This document shows, in pieces, positions 18,746 to 27,837 of a DNA stretch of 64,000 bases. The notes under the pieces were generated by a model. It did no database searches, was not told the origin of the DNA, and was given only the letters and a program-made list of their open reading frames with translations. Location of the stretch: positions 55,981 to 119,980 of the IMG/VR virus record IMGVR_UViG_3300042397_001782; one strand, written 5' to 3'. The DNA is from a virus. Numbering within the stretch: the stretch's first letter is position 1; every line of letters starts with the position of its first letter. The position numbers and the translations under genes were made by a program.

Positions 18746-19657
18746 ATGAGTACATTATTAAACAAGAAGGTAAAAATTTACCCTAACATTAAAAAAAATA
18801 AGCATTGGCAAGTAAATATTGACCCTGCTTATAGACAAGCTTCTGAAAGCTATGCATTTTTGGCTAATGCTAACACCATTAGACCTCAATTTGATGAGAA
18901 TGCTTACAGATACAATCTAGGTCCTATCAATGATAGATACACTGATGAACAAATAAATGAATTAGTAAGAAAACTTGCATTAAATGATGAGTATACTAAT
19001 CAAAAAATAACTTCAGCAGATCCTTCTAATAGAAAAGACCCTTTCTTTACACATAGTAAGTGTAGAGCTAAATTAGGAAGAGATATTCAAACTCTTGACC
19101 TAAATAAACCGACAGAAGAATTGATTTATGCAATCATGTCGGCAGATTCAATGACAGTGGTGGGAGAGACTTCTCTATCTAAACACCCAGCCGCAGAGTG
19201 GATTATTGAAGATGAAATAGCAGATGCTACTGTGAGAGAGTCTAAGCGTGAAAAAACAAGTAAATTACACGAAAGATACAATAAACTCACACTATCTCAA
19301 AAGAGAGACATGAGTACCGCTTTAGGTATTAAATTGACAGGAGATGAGAAAGAAGTGATTATAGAAGACTTGTTGTATTCTAAAATTACAGAAAACAGTA
19401 ATAAAGAAACTTTGACAGCTATACAAGATTTATTTATTGAGCTATCAGATTCTAAAAATAAAGCAAAATTGGAAGTTACTATCAATGTTGAGAAAATGTA
19501 CCAATATGCAGTGTTAAGAAAAGAAAATATAAAAGTATTTTTTAACGGAGAGCAACTTCAAACAGATACTATAAATATTATTGATTTCTTACAAAAACCA
19601 GAAAATTCTTCACTATATTTAAGCCTAGAAGAGGCTTTAAAAGCTAAGATGAAATAA
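18746..19657 (+). CDS. crAss-like capsid-module protein (start MSTLLNKK)
   Basis: The track start 18659 lies inside the tRNA; ATG 18746 has a CA-rich leader; immediately follows MCP. Confidence 0.75.
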   Translation: MSTLLNKKVKIYPNIKKNKHWQVNIDPAYRQASESYAFLANANTIRPQFDENAYRYNLGPINDRYTDEQINELVRKLALNDEYTNQKITSADPSNRKDPFFTHSKCRAKLGRDIQTLDLNKPTEELIYAIMSADSMTVVGETSLSKHPAAEWIIEDEIADATVRESKREKTSKLHERYNKLTLSQKRDMSTALGIKLTGDEKEVIIEDLLYSKITENSNKETLTAIQDLFIELSDSKNKAKLEVTINVEKMYQYAVLRKENIKVFFNGEQLQTDTINIIDFLQKPENSSLYLSLEEALKAKMK

Positions 19658-20361
19658 TGTTTTCAATAAAAGAAGCCCATTATAAATTTAAACAACATGC
19701 AAACAAGGTAGATGGGTTAAGAAACGCTAACTTTCTTATACCTCAGATAGACGAATACCTTTTTGAAGCTTACATAATTTATATTGAAAACATTTGTGAG
19801 CAATTAGAGATAAACCAAAAAAGAAGAGATGACATAAGGGAGCTAGAAATTAAAAATTTTCTACTCCCAGTCACTAAGATTAACGATGACTATTACACTG
19901 CAGATTTACCCGCAGATTACTATAGATATTTAGAGTCTTATTCTGTATGTTTTACAGATAAATGTCCAAAGAAAAGTATTAAGAATTTTTTCATACAAAA
20001 GGATGATATTTATACAAATGATCCTATGTTTAATTCTTCCTATGTTTTTGAAAGAGTTAACATGGATATGTCAGGCAATAAGTTATACTTATACTATGAA
20101 GGATTTGATATAGACAAAGTTTTTCTTTCTTATATTAGAAAACCTTTAAGGCCAGGAAATCCACAAGACTTTTTAAATGGAGGGGGCACTTATAACTTAC
20201 CTAATGGAACTCCTGCAGTTCAAAGAGATATAGAAATCAACTCAACTTTCCAAGCAAACAAAATTATAGATATTGCAGTATTAATAGCAATGAGAGATAT
20301 AGGCAATACTATAGATTTTGAGTCACAATTAAATAAAATTTTAAACATATCAAAAATTTAA
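19657..20361 (+). CDS. Putative head-tail connector/ring protein
   Basis: ANFLIPQID..L..A, LPADY..Y, LSYIRKP, IIDIAV motifs typical of podovirus/crAss ring proteins. Confidence 0.65.
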   Translation: MFSIKEAHYKFKQHANKVDGLRNANFLIPQIDEYLFEAYIIYIENICEQLEINQKRRDDIRELEIKNFLLPVTKINDDYYTADLPADYYRYLESYSVCFTDKCPKKSIKNFFIQKDDIYTNDPMFNSSYVFERVNMDMSGNKLYLYYEGFDIDKVFLSYIRKPLRPGNPQDFLNGGGTYNLPNGTPAVQRDIEINSTFQANKIIDIAVLIAMRDIGNTIDFESQLNKILNISKI

Positions 20362-20383
20362 TAAACCTTAAATAAATTTAAAA

Positions 20384-21559
20384 ATGAGATCAAGAATTCA
20401 AAAACAAATTTTCCTTCCAACTGCCGCAGTATCAGGTAGTGCAACAGGATACGGTATTGTCCCAACGGGTACTGCATTTTACAATGCTACCACTAAGCAA
20501 TACTTATTAAGACCAGGTCAAATCGGATTTTACAATGCCGAGACCAACACAGCAGTAAATGCTACTACTATCGTAGGAGTAAAATCTATTTTTATTGCAA
20601 TTGGTGTAGATAAAACTGCATCTAAATTAACTTCTGACAGTGTAAGATTAGCTTCAGGTGAGACTATTACATCTTGTTCAATTGATGATGCAAGTGTAAA
20701 AGCTCCTCAAGAGGGTGAGTCTAACAAAGCTAAGTTTAACTTCTCTTGTACAGATTGTTCACAAAACTATTCTATTGGAATCAGAATTAACGATCCTACA
20801 TTGAACTTTTTCTACCCAGAAAACAGATACCATGTAGAATTGATTTCTGTTCAATCAGAAGAATGTCCTTCTTGCGATGGTGATTGTGACTACACTCATG
20901 ATTGTGAAGAAGTTGCATTGAAATTGAAAGCAGAAATTGAAGCAAACGAGTTGTTGTCTAAATATGTAGATACAGTAAGAACTTCTGCAGACCCAGTTAG
21001 TCCAATAACTCCAGCAGCAGGTTTCTCTTGTGCAATCGAAATTACTTTCAAAGTAAACACTGCAGAGTGTGTATGTTTCCCTCCATCAGAGGCTATCATT
21101 GATAGATATACTATCGGTTCTATTCAAGTTATCTTAGGTTCAGCTTGGGCTCCAAATTCTACAAGTGTTTCTGTAGACAATACAGGAATGCAATTGCCAG
21201 AAGGTCATGGTGCTAAGTTGCAATGGGAAGAGTATCATGAAATGCCAGGTGGTACAGGTTTCGATGGTTTGAACAATGAAGTTGAAACTACAGGAGCTCC
21301 TTACTATGCTCAATTAAATGTATCAAGAACTAAAAACTTACTAGTAGATTGTAATGAAACATATTGCCAATATGTGTTAGGATACCATACAGTTTCTCCA
21401 AATGAGAATGCAAATGGTATGAATTGGAATCCAAACTTTATCACAACTATCTTAGTACCAGAAGCTCATAGCACTACTCAAACAGCAGTGGAAGCTACTT
21501 TGAATGCTTTTGTTACAACAGGACCTTGTGGTAAGACAATTGAACTTGAGTGTCTATAA
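20384..21559 (+). CDS. Putative structural (auxiliary capsid-like) protein, Cys-rich
   Basis: 391 aa, beta-rich, last gene of the capsid operon, followed by a terminator. Confidence 0.6.
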   Translation: MRSRIQKQIFLPTAAVSGSATGYGIVPTGTAFYNATTKQYLLRPGQIGFYNAETNTAVNATTIVGVKSIFIAIGVDKTASKLTSDSVRLASGETITSCSIDDASVKAPQEGESNKAKFNFSCTDCSQNYSIGIRINDPTLNFFYPENRYHVELISVQSEECPSCDGDCDYTHDCEEVALKLKAEIEANELLSKYVDTVRTSADPVSPITPAAGFSCAIEITFKVNTAECVCFPPSEAIIDRYTIGSIQVILGSAWAPNSTSVSVDNTGMQLPEGHGAKLQWEEYHEMPGGTGFDGLNNEVETTGAPYYAQLNVSRTKNLLVDCNETYCQYVLGYHTVSPNENANGMNWNPNFITTILVPEAHSTTQTAVEATLNAFVTTGPCGKTIELECL

Positions 21560-21613
21560 GACATTCTACAAAAAAAGAATATTATTAATTAATATATTGT
21601 TTTGTGTGTGGAG

Positions 21614-21649
21614 TAGGTGGTAGAGGAAACTTTGCCGCCTATTTTTTTT
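21614..21649 (+). terminator. Intrinsic terminator
   Basis: taggtggtagag-GAAA-ctttgccgccta plus T8. Confidence 0.85.
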
Positions 21650-21721
21650 ATACATATAACATAAATTTTATAATATAAAAATTAATACTTATTTTTGTTT
21701 ATTATTATTAAAAATAAATAC

Positions 21722-22171
21722 ATGAAAAACACTTTAATTCTTTCAGAGGCGATTTATAAAGGCAAAATAAAACAAGTCAATCAAGATTCCTTTGTAAATA
21801 TGACAGATATTGTCAATGAGATTTTTGCTTGTTTTAACATTCCTTGTTGTGAAAACCAATCAGATTTTTTTATTAGAAAAGCCTACTTATTAAAAGGAAG
21901 AAAAAAACCAGGAGCTAACTGGACTTCCCTTAACAAAATAGTAATGGATATTTATAATTGTGAATTCACAGAAACCTTCTGCCCTGGATTAAGAAGTGAA
22001 CAGTGGTGGATTACCACTGATGTCATAAGACCTGCAAAAACTGTTGAAACTATTAGCTTTACAGGAGTAATTAAAAAAGTTTTTGCATGTTGCAATTTAT
22101 TAACAAATATTGTTACTCAAAATTCAAATTGTTTATTATCTCAAAATGGTCAATATATTGTAACTCAATAA
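21722..22171 (+). CDS. Cys-rich anchor-domain protein (paralog family A, short form)
   Basis: Shares ~125-aa domain (IYKG..FVNM..CC..RKKPGANW..WWITTDVIRP..CC) with 24620 and 25840; tatttttg promoter element at 21690. Confidence 0.8.
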   Translation: MKNTLILSEAIYKGKIKQVNQDSFVNMTDIVNEIFACFNIPCCENQSDFFIRKAYLLKGRKKPGANWTSLNKIVMDIYNCEFTETFCPGLRSEQWWITTDVIRPAKTVETISFTGVIKKVFACCNLLTNIVTQNSNCLLSQNGQYIVTQ

Positions 22172-22182
22172 ACTAAAAAAAT

Positions 22183-22833
22183 ATGTCAAGTGTAAAAATA
22201 ACAGAACTATCAAGTTCAGGACCTTTAACAGGTTCAGAAGTATTACCTATTGTGCAAGGTAATCAAACAGTAAAAACAACAGTACAAGAAATAGGTTCAT
22301 TTACTAGACCTTACAAAGTTTATACAGCTTTATTGACTCAAAGTGGTGGGGATGACCCGCTATCAATTGATTCAGGTTTATTAACTATTGGAGTAACGTA
22401 TTATATAAATAATAATTCTTCCGGAATGGATTTTACAAATGTTGGAGCGCCAAATAATATTGCAGGGGAATCTACATACTTTATTGCAACAGGAACTACT
22501 CCTAACTCGTGGGGGGCAGGAGAAGGAACAGGAAACGGTACTTTAAGCTACAACACAGGAGCTCCCGTAGTAACAGTGTTAGAGAATACTATTGGGAATA
22601 TTTGGTTTACTTATGATATGGTTGGAAGATATAATGTAAATTCTGATGGATTATTTACAACAAATAAAACTTATAGTGTGCCTTATGTGTATAGTCCTCT
22701 TTCAGATTTACCTAATGGCATTTTTATAGAAAATTTAACAGTAAATTATTCACAAATTATTTCTATATATAATGCAGATACAGTAGATAATCAATTATCA
22801 AACACCTCAATCGAGATCAGAGTTTACGAATAA
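22183..22833 (+). CDS. Putative fibre/decoration protein (SVKITEL N-terminus)
   Basis: VKITEL...LPIVQG N-terminal module; YKVYTALLTQSG and ENTIGNIWF...IEIRVY segments. Confidence 0.7.
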   Translation: MSSVKITELSSSGPLTGSEVLPIVQGNQTVKTTVQEIGSFTRPYKVYTALLTQSGGDDPLSIDSGLLTIGVTYYINNNSSGMDFTNVGAPNNIAGESTYFIATGTTPNSWGAGEGTGNGTLSYNTGAPVVTVLENTIGNIWFTYDMVGRYNVNSDGLFTTNKTYSVPYVYSPLSDLPNGIFIENLTVNYSQIISIYNADTVDNQLSNTSIEIRVYE

Positions 22834-22863
22834 AAATAAATAAAAGATATTAAATAAATAAAA

Positions 22864-24246
22864 ATGGCAAGTGTAAAAATAACTCAACTTCCTAATGTAT
22901 TAGGAAATCAAATAAATCCAGCAGTGGATATTTTACCTATTGTAAGAGTAGGTGCAGATTCTACAGATAAAATAACTGTAGAAGAATTAGGAACCCTTTT
23001 TGGAGGAGGATTAGAAGGGACTCAATATGTTTATGTAGCAGCTAATGGTACAGATGTAGAAAATGCTGCTGAACTTCAAGCTGCTTATGTTACTGCTCAG
23101 GGTATGTCTTCAAGTATAACAAATAGAATTACTATAATTGCTGCACCCGGAAATTATAATTTTAGCACTGCTAATTTTGTAATGAATAAACAATACATTG
23201 ACTTAGTTTCATTAGATGGAAATAAAAGTATAGTATTTAACGGCTCAAATACAATAGAGATAACTGAAAATGATGTATTTGTCAAAGGTGTAGATGTTGG
23301 AACATTAAACTTTACTATAGCAAATTCATTAAATTTCTTAAGGGTTGAAAACTGCACAGGTGGAGAGGGTTCATTTGCTGGTTACGGCGGCATAGCAAGT
23401 GGCACGTTTACTAACTGCACAGGTGGAAAGAATTCATTTGGTGGTGACGGTGGCACAGCAAGTGGCACGTTTACTAACTGCACAGGTGGAGATAATTCAT
23501 TTGGTGGTGCCGGCACAGCAAGTGGCACTTTCACTAGTTGCACAGGTGGAAATAATTCATTTGGAGGTGACGGTGGCACAGCAAGTGGTGTGTTTACTAA
23601 CTGCACAGGTCTATATGCTTCATTTAGTGGCGATGGTGGCACAGCGAATGGTGTGTTTACTAATTGCACAGGTGTAGATAATTCATTTGGTGGTAACGGT
23701 GGCATAGCAAGTGGTGTGTTTACTAATTGTACAGGTAGAGATTATTCATTTGGTGGTGCCGGCATAGCAAATAGCACTTTCACTAATTGCACAGGTGGAG
23801 ATTATTCATTTGGTGGCGATGCCGGCACAGCAAGTGGTGTGTTTACTAATTGTACAGGTGGAAGGGGTGTATTTGGTGGCAGTGGCGGCACAGCAAATGG
23901 CACGTTTAATAGTTGCACAGGTGGAGATGGTTCATTTGGTGGCGGTGGCACAGCGAGTGGTGTGTTTACTAATTGTACAGGTGTAGATTATTCATTTGGA
24001 ATAACGTCTTTAGGAACTTTTACAAATTGCACAGCAGGAATTAATTCATTTGGAGGTAGCGGAACATCATCAGGAATATTTACTTCTTGTGTAGGAGGGG
24101 AATATTCATTTGGTGGAGATTTAATGGGAACATTATCAGGAAAATTATTTTATTGTCGTATAACATTAGGTACATTTGCAACCGTATCAGGTAGTGGAAG
24201 AACTTATTACTGTGTAGATGGAAATGGAAACCCTAATAATCAATAA
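22864..24246 (+). CDS. Putative beta-helix tailspike/fibre protein with 20-21-aa tandem repeats
   Basis: SVKITQL N-terminus; about 13 copies of ASGxFTNCTGGxxSFGG. Confidence 0.75.
   Translation: MASVKITQLPNVLGNQINPAVDILPIVRVGADSTDKITVEELGTLFGGGLEGTQYVYVAANGTDVENAAELQAAYVTAQGMSSSITNRITIIAAPGNYNFSTANFVMNKQYIDLVSLDGNKSIVFNGSNTIEITENDVFVKGVDVGTLNFTIANSLNFLRVENCTGGEGSFAGYGGIASGTFTNCTGGKNSFGGDGGTASGTFTNCTGGDNSFGGAGTASGTFTSCTGGNNSFGGDGGTASGVFTNCTGLYASFSGDGGTANGVFTNCTGVDNSFGGNGGIASGVFTNCTGRDYSFGGAGIANSTFTNCTGGDYSFGGDAGTASGVFTNCTGGRGVFGGSGGTANGTFNSCTGGDGSFGGGGTASGVFTNCTGVDYSFGITSLGTFTNCTAGINSFGGSGTSSGIFTSCVGGEYSFGGDLMGTLSGKLFYCRITLGTFATVSGSGRTYYCVDGNGNPNNQ
23350..24120 (+). repeat. Intragenic 60/63-bp tandem repeat array
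   Basis: Recurrent gcaagtgg..tttactaa(c/t)tgcacaggtgga..ttcatttggtgg; GC-richer than flanks. Confidence 0.85.
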
Positions 24247-24266
24247 CATAAAAAACAAATAAAAAT

Positions 24267-24599
24267 ATGAAAAATTATCAATTAATAATAGAAGGAACTT
24301 GGATAGAATTATTACCTGTAGAATTAACAGAAACTCAAATAGAGTTATTAAAGTCTACTAAAGAAACAGATGCAGAAGCTAAATCTGAATTAATAGCAGA
24401 GATTAAAGAATCAAGAGAAGGAGCAGTATCTTCTGAATTGACTGAAAAGTTAAATACACTTTACACTTCTTTAAAACCTGAATTAAAAGAAGAAGATATT
24501 TATCAATTAATTTCTGCTGACTTTTCTGAAAAAGAAAATAAATTTACAGGAATTATTAACTATAGAGTTAATGGAGAACATAAGCAAGTAAGATTCTAA
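24267..24599 (+). CDS. Small acidic protein, possible fibre chaperone
   Basis: ORF directly after the beta-helix gene. Confidence 0.6.
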   Translation: MKNYQLIIEGTWIELLPVELTETQIELLKSTKETDAEAKSELIAEIKESREGAVSSELTEKLNTLYTSLKPELKEEDIYQLISADFSEKENKFTGIINYRVNGEHKQVRF

Positions 24600-24619
24600 A
24601 AATAAATAAATAAAAATAC

Positions 24620-25801
24620 ATGAAAAGAATTAATATTATTTCAGAGACAATTTACAAAGGGCAACATAAACTTGTTAATAAAGGTGCTTTTATTAATATG
24701 TCAAAATTAATTTCAGACATATTTGCTTGTTTTAATATTCCTTGCTGTGACAAACAAGCAGATTACTTTGTAAGAAAATCTGCTTTAATTTATAGTAGAA
24801 AAAAACCAGGAGCTAATTGGCAATCTTTAAACAAATTAGTTTTAGATGTTTATAATTGTTGTGCAAATACAACCTTGTGTTCTAATAACCAAAGTCAATG
24901 GTGGATAACTACAGATGTTATTAGACCTAGAAAAACAGTTGAAACAATTAACTTTACAAATATAATAATTAAAGTTCTTACTTGTTGTGAACTATTAGAT
25001 TGTTGTGCACCTGTAGTGCCTCCAGGACCTCTTTATAATTTTGATATAACAGCATTAGATTGGCCAGGTATTAATGGAGTAACAGATCAAGCTTCTTTTG
25101 AAGCATTTATATTAGGTTCCTCAGATTATACTAATATTACTGTAACTTCTTTTAATTATACTCCTACAAGAGTTCAAGCAAATATAAATGTTACTGGGGG
25201 ATCAATTGTTAATTTTGGAATTTTTGGGAATGGTTTTGAAATTATTCACGCTTTAAGTGGTTTTGATAATTTATCTAGTTTATATTTAAGTAATAATTTA
25301 CTAACAGCCTTTAATCCAACTATTCCTTTAGATTCTACCCTAGGTAATATAGAGTTAGTTAATAATCAAATAGTAAACTTTAACCCATCAATTGCTTTAC
25401 CAAGTGGTTTGATGGGATTAAATTTAAATAATAATCAAATAGTAACTTTTGACCCTACTATTGCGTTACCAAGTACTTTGACTCAATTACAACTGCAAGG
25501 TAATCAAATAGTTACTTTTAATCCTACTAATCCTCTTCCTTCTCCTATCTTTTTATTAAATTTAGATAATAATTTGTTAACAGAGTTTAATCCAACTACA
25601 CTATTTCCAACTACTAGTTTAACAGATTTAAGGTTAAAAAATAATTTAATAACTACTGCAGGATATGTTGCTTCTGAACCATGGGCAAATAGTTTATCAG
25701 TAGGTATATCAGCTATTCAATTTACAGGTAATGTTAACTCTGTAGCTGGTACAAATTTAGAAAGCATATTAATAGGTAAAGGATATAACGTAATACCTTA
25801 A
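24620..25801 (+). CDS. Family-A anchor domain plus leucine-rich-repeat protein
   Basis: N-terminal shared domain; 23-aa LRRs LxxLxLxxNQIVTFxPxxxLP. Confidence 0.85.
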   Translation: MKRINIISETIYKGQHKLVNKGAFINMSKLISDIFACFNIPCCDKQADYFVRKSALIYSRKKPGANWQSLNKLVLDVYNCCANTTLCSNNQSQWWITTDVIRPRKTVETINFTNIIIKVLTCCELLDCCAPVVPPGPLYNFDITALDWPGINGVTDQASFEAFILGSSDYTNITVTSFNYTPTRVQANINVTGGSIVNFGIFGNGFEIIHALSGFDNLSSLYLSNNLLTAFNPTIPLDSTLGNIELVNNQIVNFNPSIALPSGLMGLNLNNNQIVTFDPTIALPSTLTQLQLQGNQIVTFNPTNPLPSPIFLLNLDNNLLTEFNPTTLFPTTSLTDLRLKNNLITTAGYVASEPWANSLSVGISAIQFTGNVNSVAGTNLESILIGKGYNVIP

Positions 25802-25839
25802 AATCTATAATAACTATAAAATTAAATAAAAATAAAAAC

Positions 25840-27093
25840 GTGAAAAAAATTAATATTATTTCAGAGACAATTTATAAAGGAAAACACAAACTTGTGAATC
25901 AAGGGGCTTTTGTTAATATGTCAGACTTGATGGGAGATATATTCTCTTGTTTTGGTATAACTTGTTGTAATGGGTTACTTGACAGCAAATCAGATTATTT
26001 TTTAAGAAAATCTGCTTTAATTTATGGTAGAAAAAAACCAGGTGCTAATTGGCAATCTCTAAACAAATTAGTCTTAGACGTATATAATTGTTGCAAAAAA
26101 ACAACTTTATGTCCAGGCTCAAGAAGTGCACAATGGTGGATTACAACAGATGTGATTAGGCCAGCTAAAACTATTGAAACTATTAATTTTACCACTATTA
26201 TAGATAAAGTATTAAACTGTTGTGGAATAACTGAATGTGGATGTCCTCTTTCTTATAATTTTGATATAACAGCAGATTGGCGTTTAGTAGGAACAGTACC
26301 TGTAAGTGACCAAGCTACTTTTGAAGATTGGTTAACTAATGATTTAGGGGCTACGTCTGTAGTAATAAGTTCTTTTGATTTAACAGGTAATAGATTACAA
26401 GCTAATATAACAGTAGCTGGAGTAGTAACTATTAATTTAGCTAGTAAAAATGTTACTTTAGTAGAAAAGATTGGAGGATTTGACAGTAGTTTATTAATAC
26501 TAGGATTAAATGGTAATCAAATAGTTACTTTTAACCCATCAATTCCTTTACCAAGTAGTTTAGGGATATTACAATTAAATGGTAATCAAATTGTAACATT
26601 TAATCCAACTATTGCGTTACCAAGTAGTTTAGCTTTGTTAGGTTTATCTTATAATCAAATAGTTACATTTAACCCTAGTATTGCCTTACCAAATAGTTTA
26701 ATTAGCTTAACTTTAGATGGAAATTTAATTGTAACATTTAATCCAACTATTGCGTTACCAAGTAGTTTAACTCAATTACTACTGCAAGGTAATCAAATAG
26801 TTACTTTTGACCCTACTTTATCTTTACCTAGTAGTTTAATTGAGTTAGGTTTATCTGGTAATCAAATAGTAATATTTAATCCATCTAATGAACTGCCTAT
26901 TTCTTTAACTCAATTAGCTTTAGATAGTAATCAAATGACAACGGCAGGATTTACATCTAGTGAACCTTGGGCAAATGCTCAAACTGCTTTTTCTTCTACT
27001 TGTACTGTAAGTATGTTCAGTAATATTAATTCAATTACAGGCACAAACTTAGAGACTATATTGCTAACTAAAAACTGTACAATAATTCCTTAA
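25840..27093 (+). CDS. Family-A anchor domain plus leucine-rich-repeat protein (paralog)
   Basis: GTG start; same architecture with about 7 LRRs; shared cap SEPWAN...GTNLE.IL. Confidence 0.85.
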   Translation: MKKINIISETIYKGKHKLVNQGAFVNMSDLMGDIFSCFGITCCNGLLDSKSDYFLRKSALIYGRKKPGANWQSLNKLVLDVYNCCKKTTLCPGSRSAQWWITTDVIRPAKTIETINFTTIIDKVLNCCGITECGCPLSYNFDITADWRLVGTVPVSDQATFEDWLTNDLGATSVVISSFDLTGNRLQANITVAGVVTINLASKNVTLVEKIGGFDSSLLILGLNGNQIVTFNPSIPLPSSLGILQLNGNQIVTFNPTIALPSSLALLGLSYNQIVTFNPSIALPNSLISLTLDGNLIVTFNPTIALPSSLTQLLLQGNQIVTFDPTLSLPSSLIELGLSGNQIVIFNPSNELPISLTQLALDSNQMTTAGFTSSEPWANAQTAFSSTCTVSMFSNINSITGTNLETILLTKNCTIIP

Positions 27094-27167
27094 AATATAA
27101 TTAAACTTTAATTTATAAACTCAAAATTAATTCTCATATTTGCAATAAATCTTACGAAAAATAATTT

Positions 27168-27836
27168 ATGCCAGAATTTGCAAATGAAAGAGAAAAAAAT
27201 ATAAAATTCCAAATTACTTTAAATGAGGAACAAAAACAAGCGAAATCAGTTATACTTCAAAATAGTATAACGTATATTGCAGGAAAGGCGGGGTCAGGAA
27301 AAACACTGGTATCTTGCCAAGTAGCTTTAGATTTGTTTTTTAAAAAGCAAGTAAAGCATATTATAATAACAAGACCTGCTGTAGAAGCTGGAGAAAAATT
27401 AGGGTTTTTACCTGGGGGTATGGAAGAAAAACTTGACCCTTATGTACAAGCCATCTATCAGAATTTCTATTCTTTATATAAGAAAGACAAGATAGATAAT
27501 ATGATAAAAGAAGGGTCTATACAGATAAAACCTTTTGCTTATATGAGAGGTAGTACATTTTGTGAAGCTGTAATTATAGTGGATGAAGTACAAAATACTA
27601 CTGAAAGTCAGGTAAAAATGGTTCTGGAAAGATTAGGTAAAGGAAGTAAGATGATGCTATGTGGAGATATTAACCAAATAGATTTAGGTAGAGGAATTAC
27701 TTCAGGAATAAAATTTTTAGATTTTTTACAAGAAAAAGAATTAAAAAATTATACTAAAATTGTTTTAAAAACTAACCATAGAGATCCAATTGTAGAGGAA
27801 ATATTAAACTTATACGAAAGCTTTAAAGCACAATAA
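27168..27836 (+). CDS. phoH: PhoH-like ATPase
   Basis: GKAGSGKT, ITRPAVEAGEKLGFLPG, AYMRGSTF, DEVQN, GDINQID motifs. Confidence 0.95.
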   Translation: MPEFANEREKNIKFQITLNEEQKQAKSVILQNSITYIAGKAGSGKTLVSCQVALDLFFKKQVKHIIITRPAVEAGEKLGFLPGGMEEKLDPYVQAIYQNFYSLYKKDKIDNMIKEGSIQIKPFAYMRGSTFCEAVIIVDEVQNTTESQVKMVLERLGKGSKMMLCGDINQIDLGRGITSGIKFLDFLQEKELKNYTKIVLKTNHRDPIVEEILNLYESFKAQ

Positions 27837-27837
27837 A

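Noticed and set aside
22160-22190. Readthrough fusion of 21722..22171 with 22183..22833
   Set aside because: Different frames, TAA stop precedes the A-run, and the second gene has its own A-rich leader
23154-23986. Alternative-frame and antisense ORFs over the beta-helix repeat
   Set aside because: Shadow ORFs produced by the stop-poor tandem repeat
23350-24060. N-glycosylation sequons (NCT) suggesting a eukaryotic virus
   Set aside because: Bacteroidota-type promoters, holins, endolysins, terminase and portal show a bacteriophage; NCT is simply the repeat consensus
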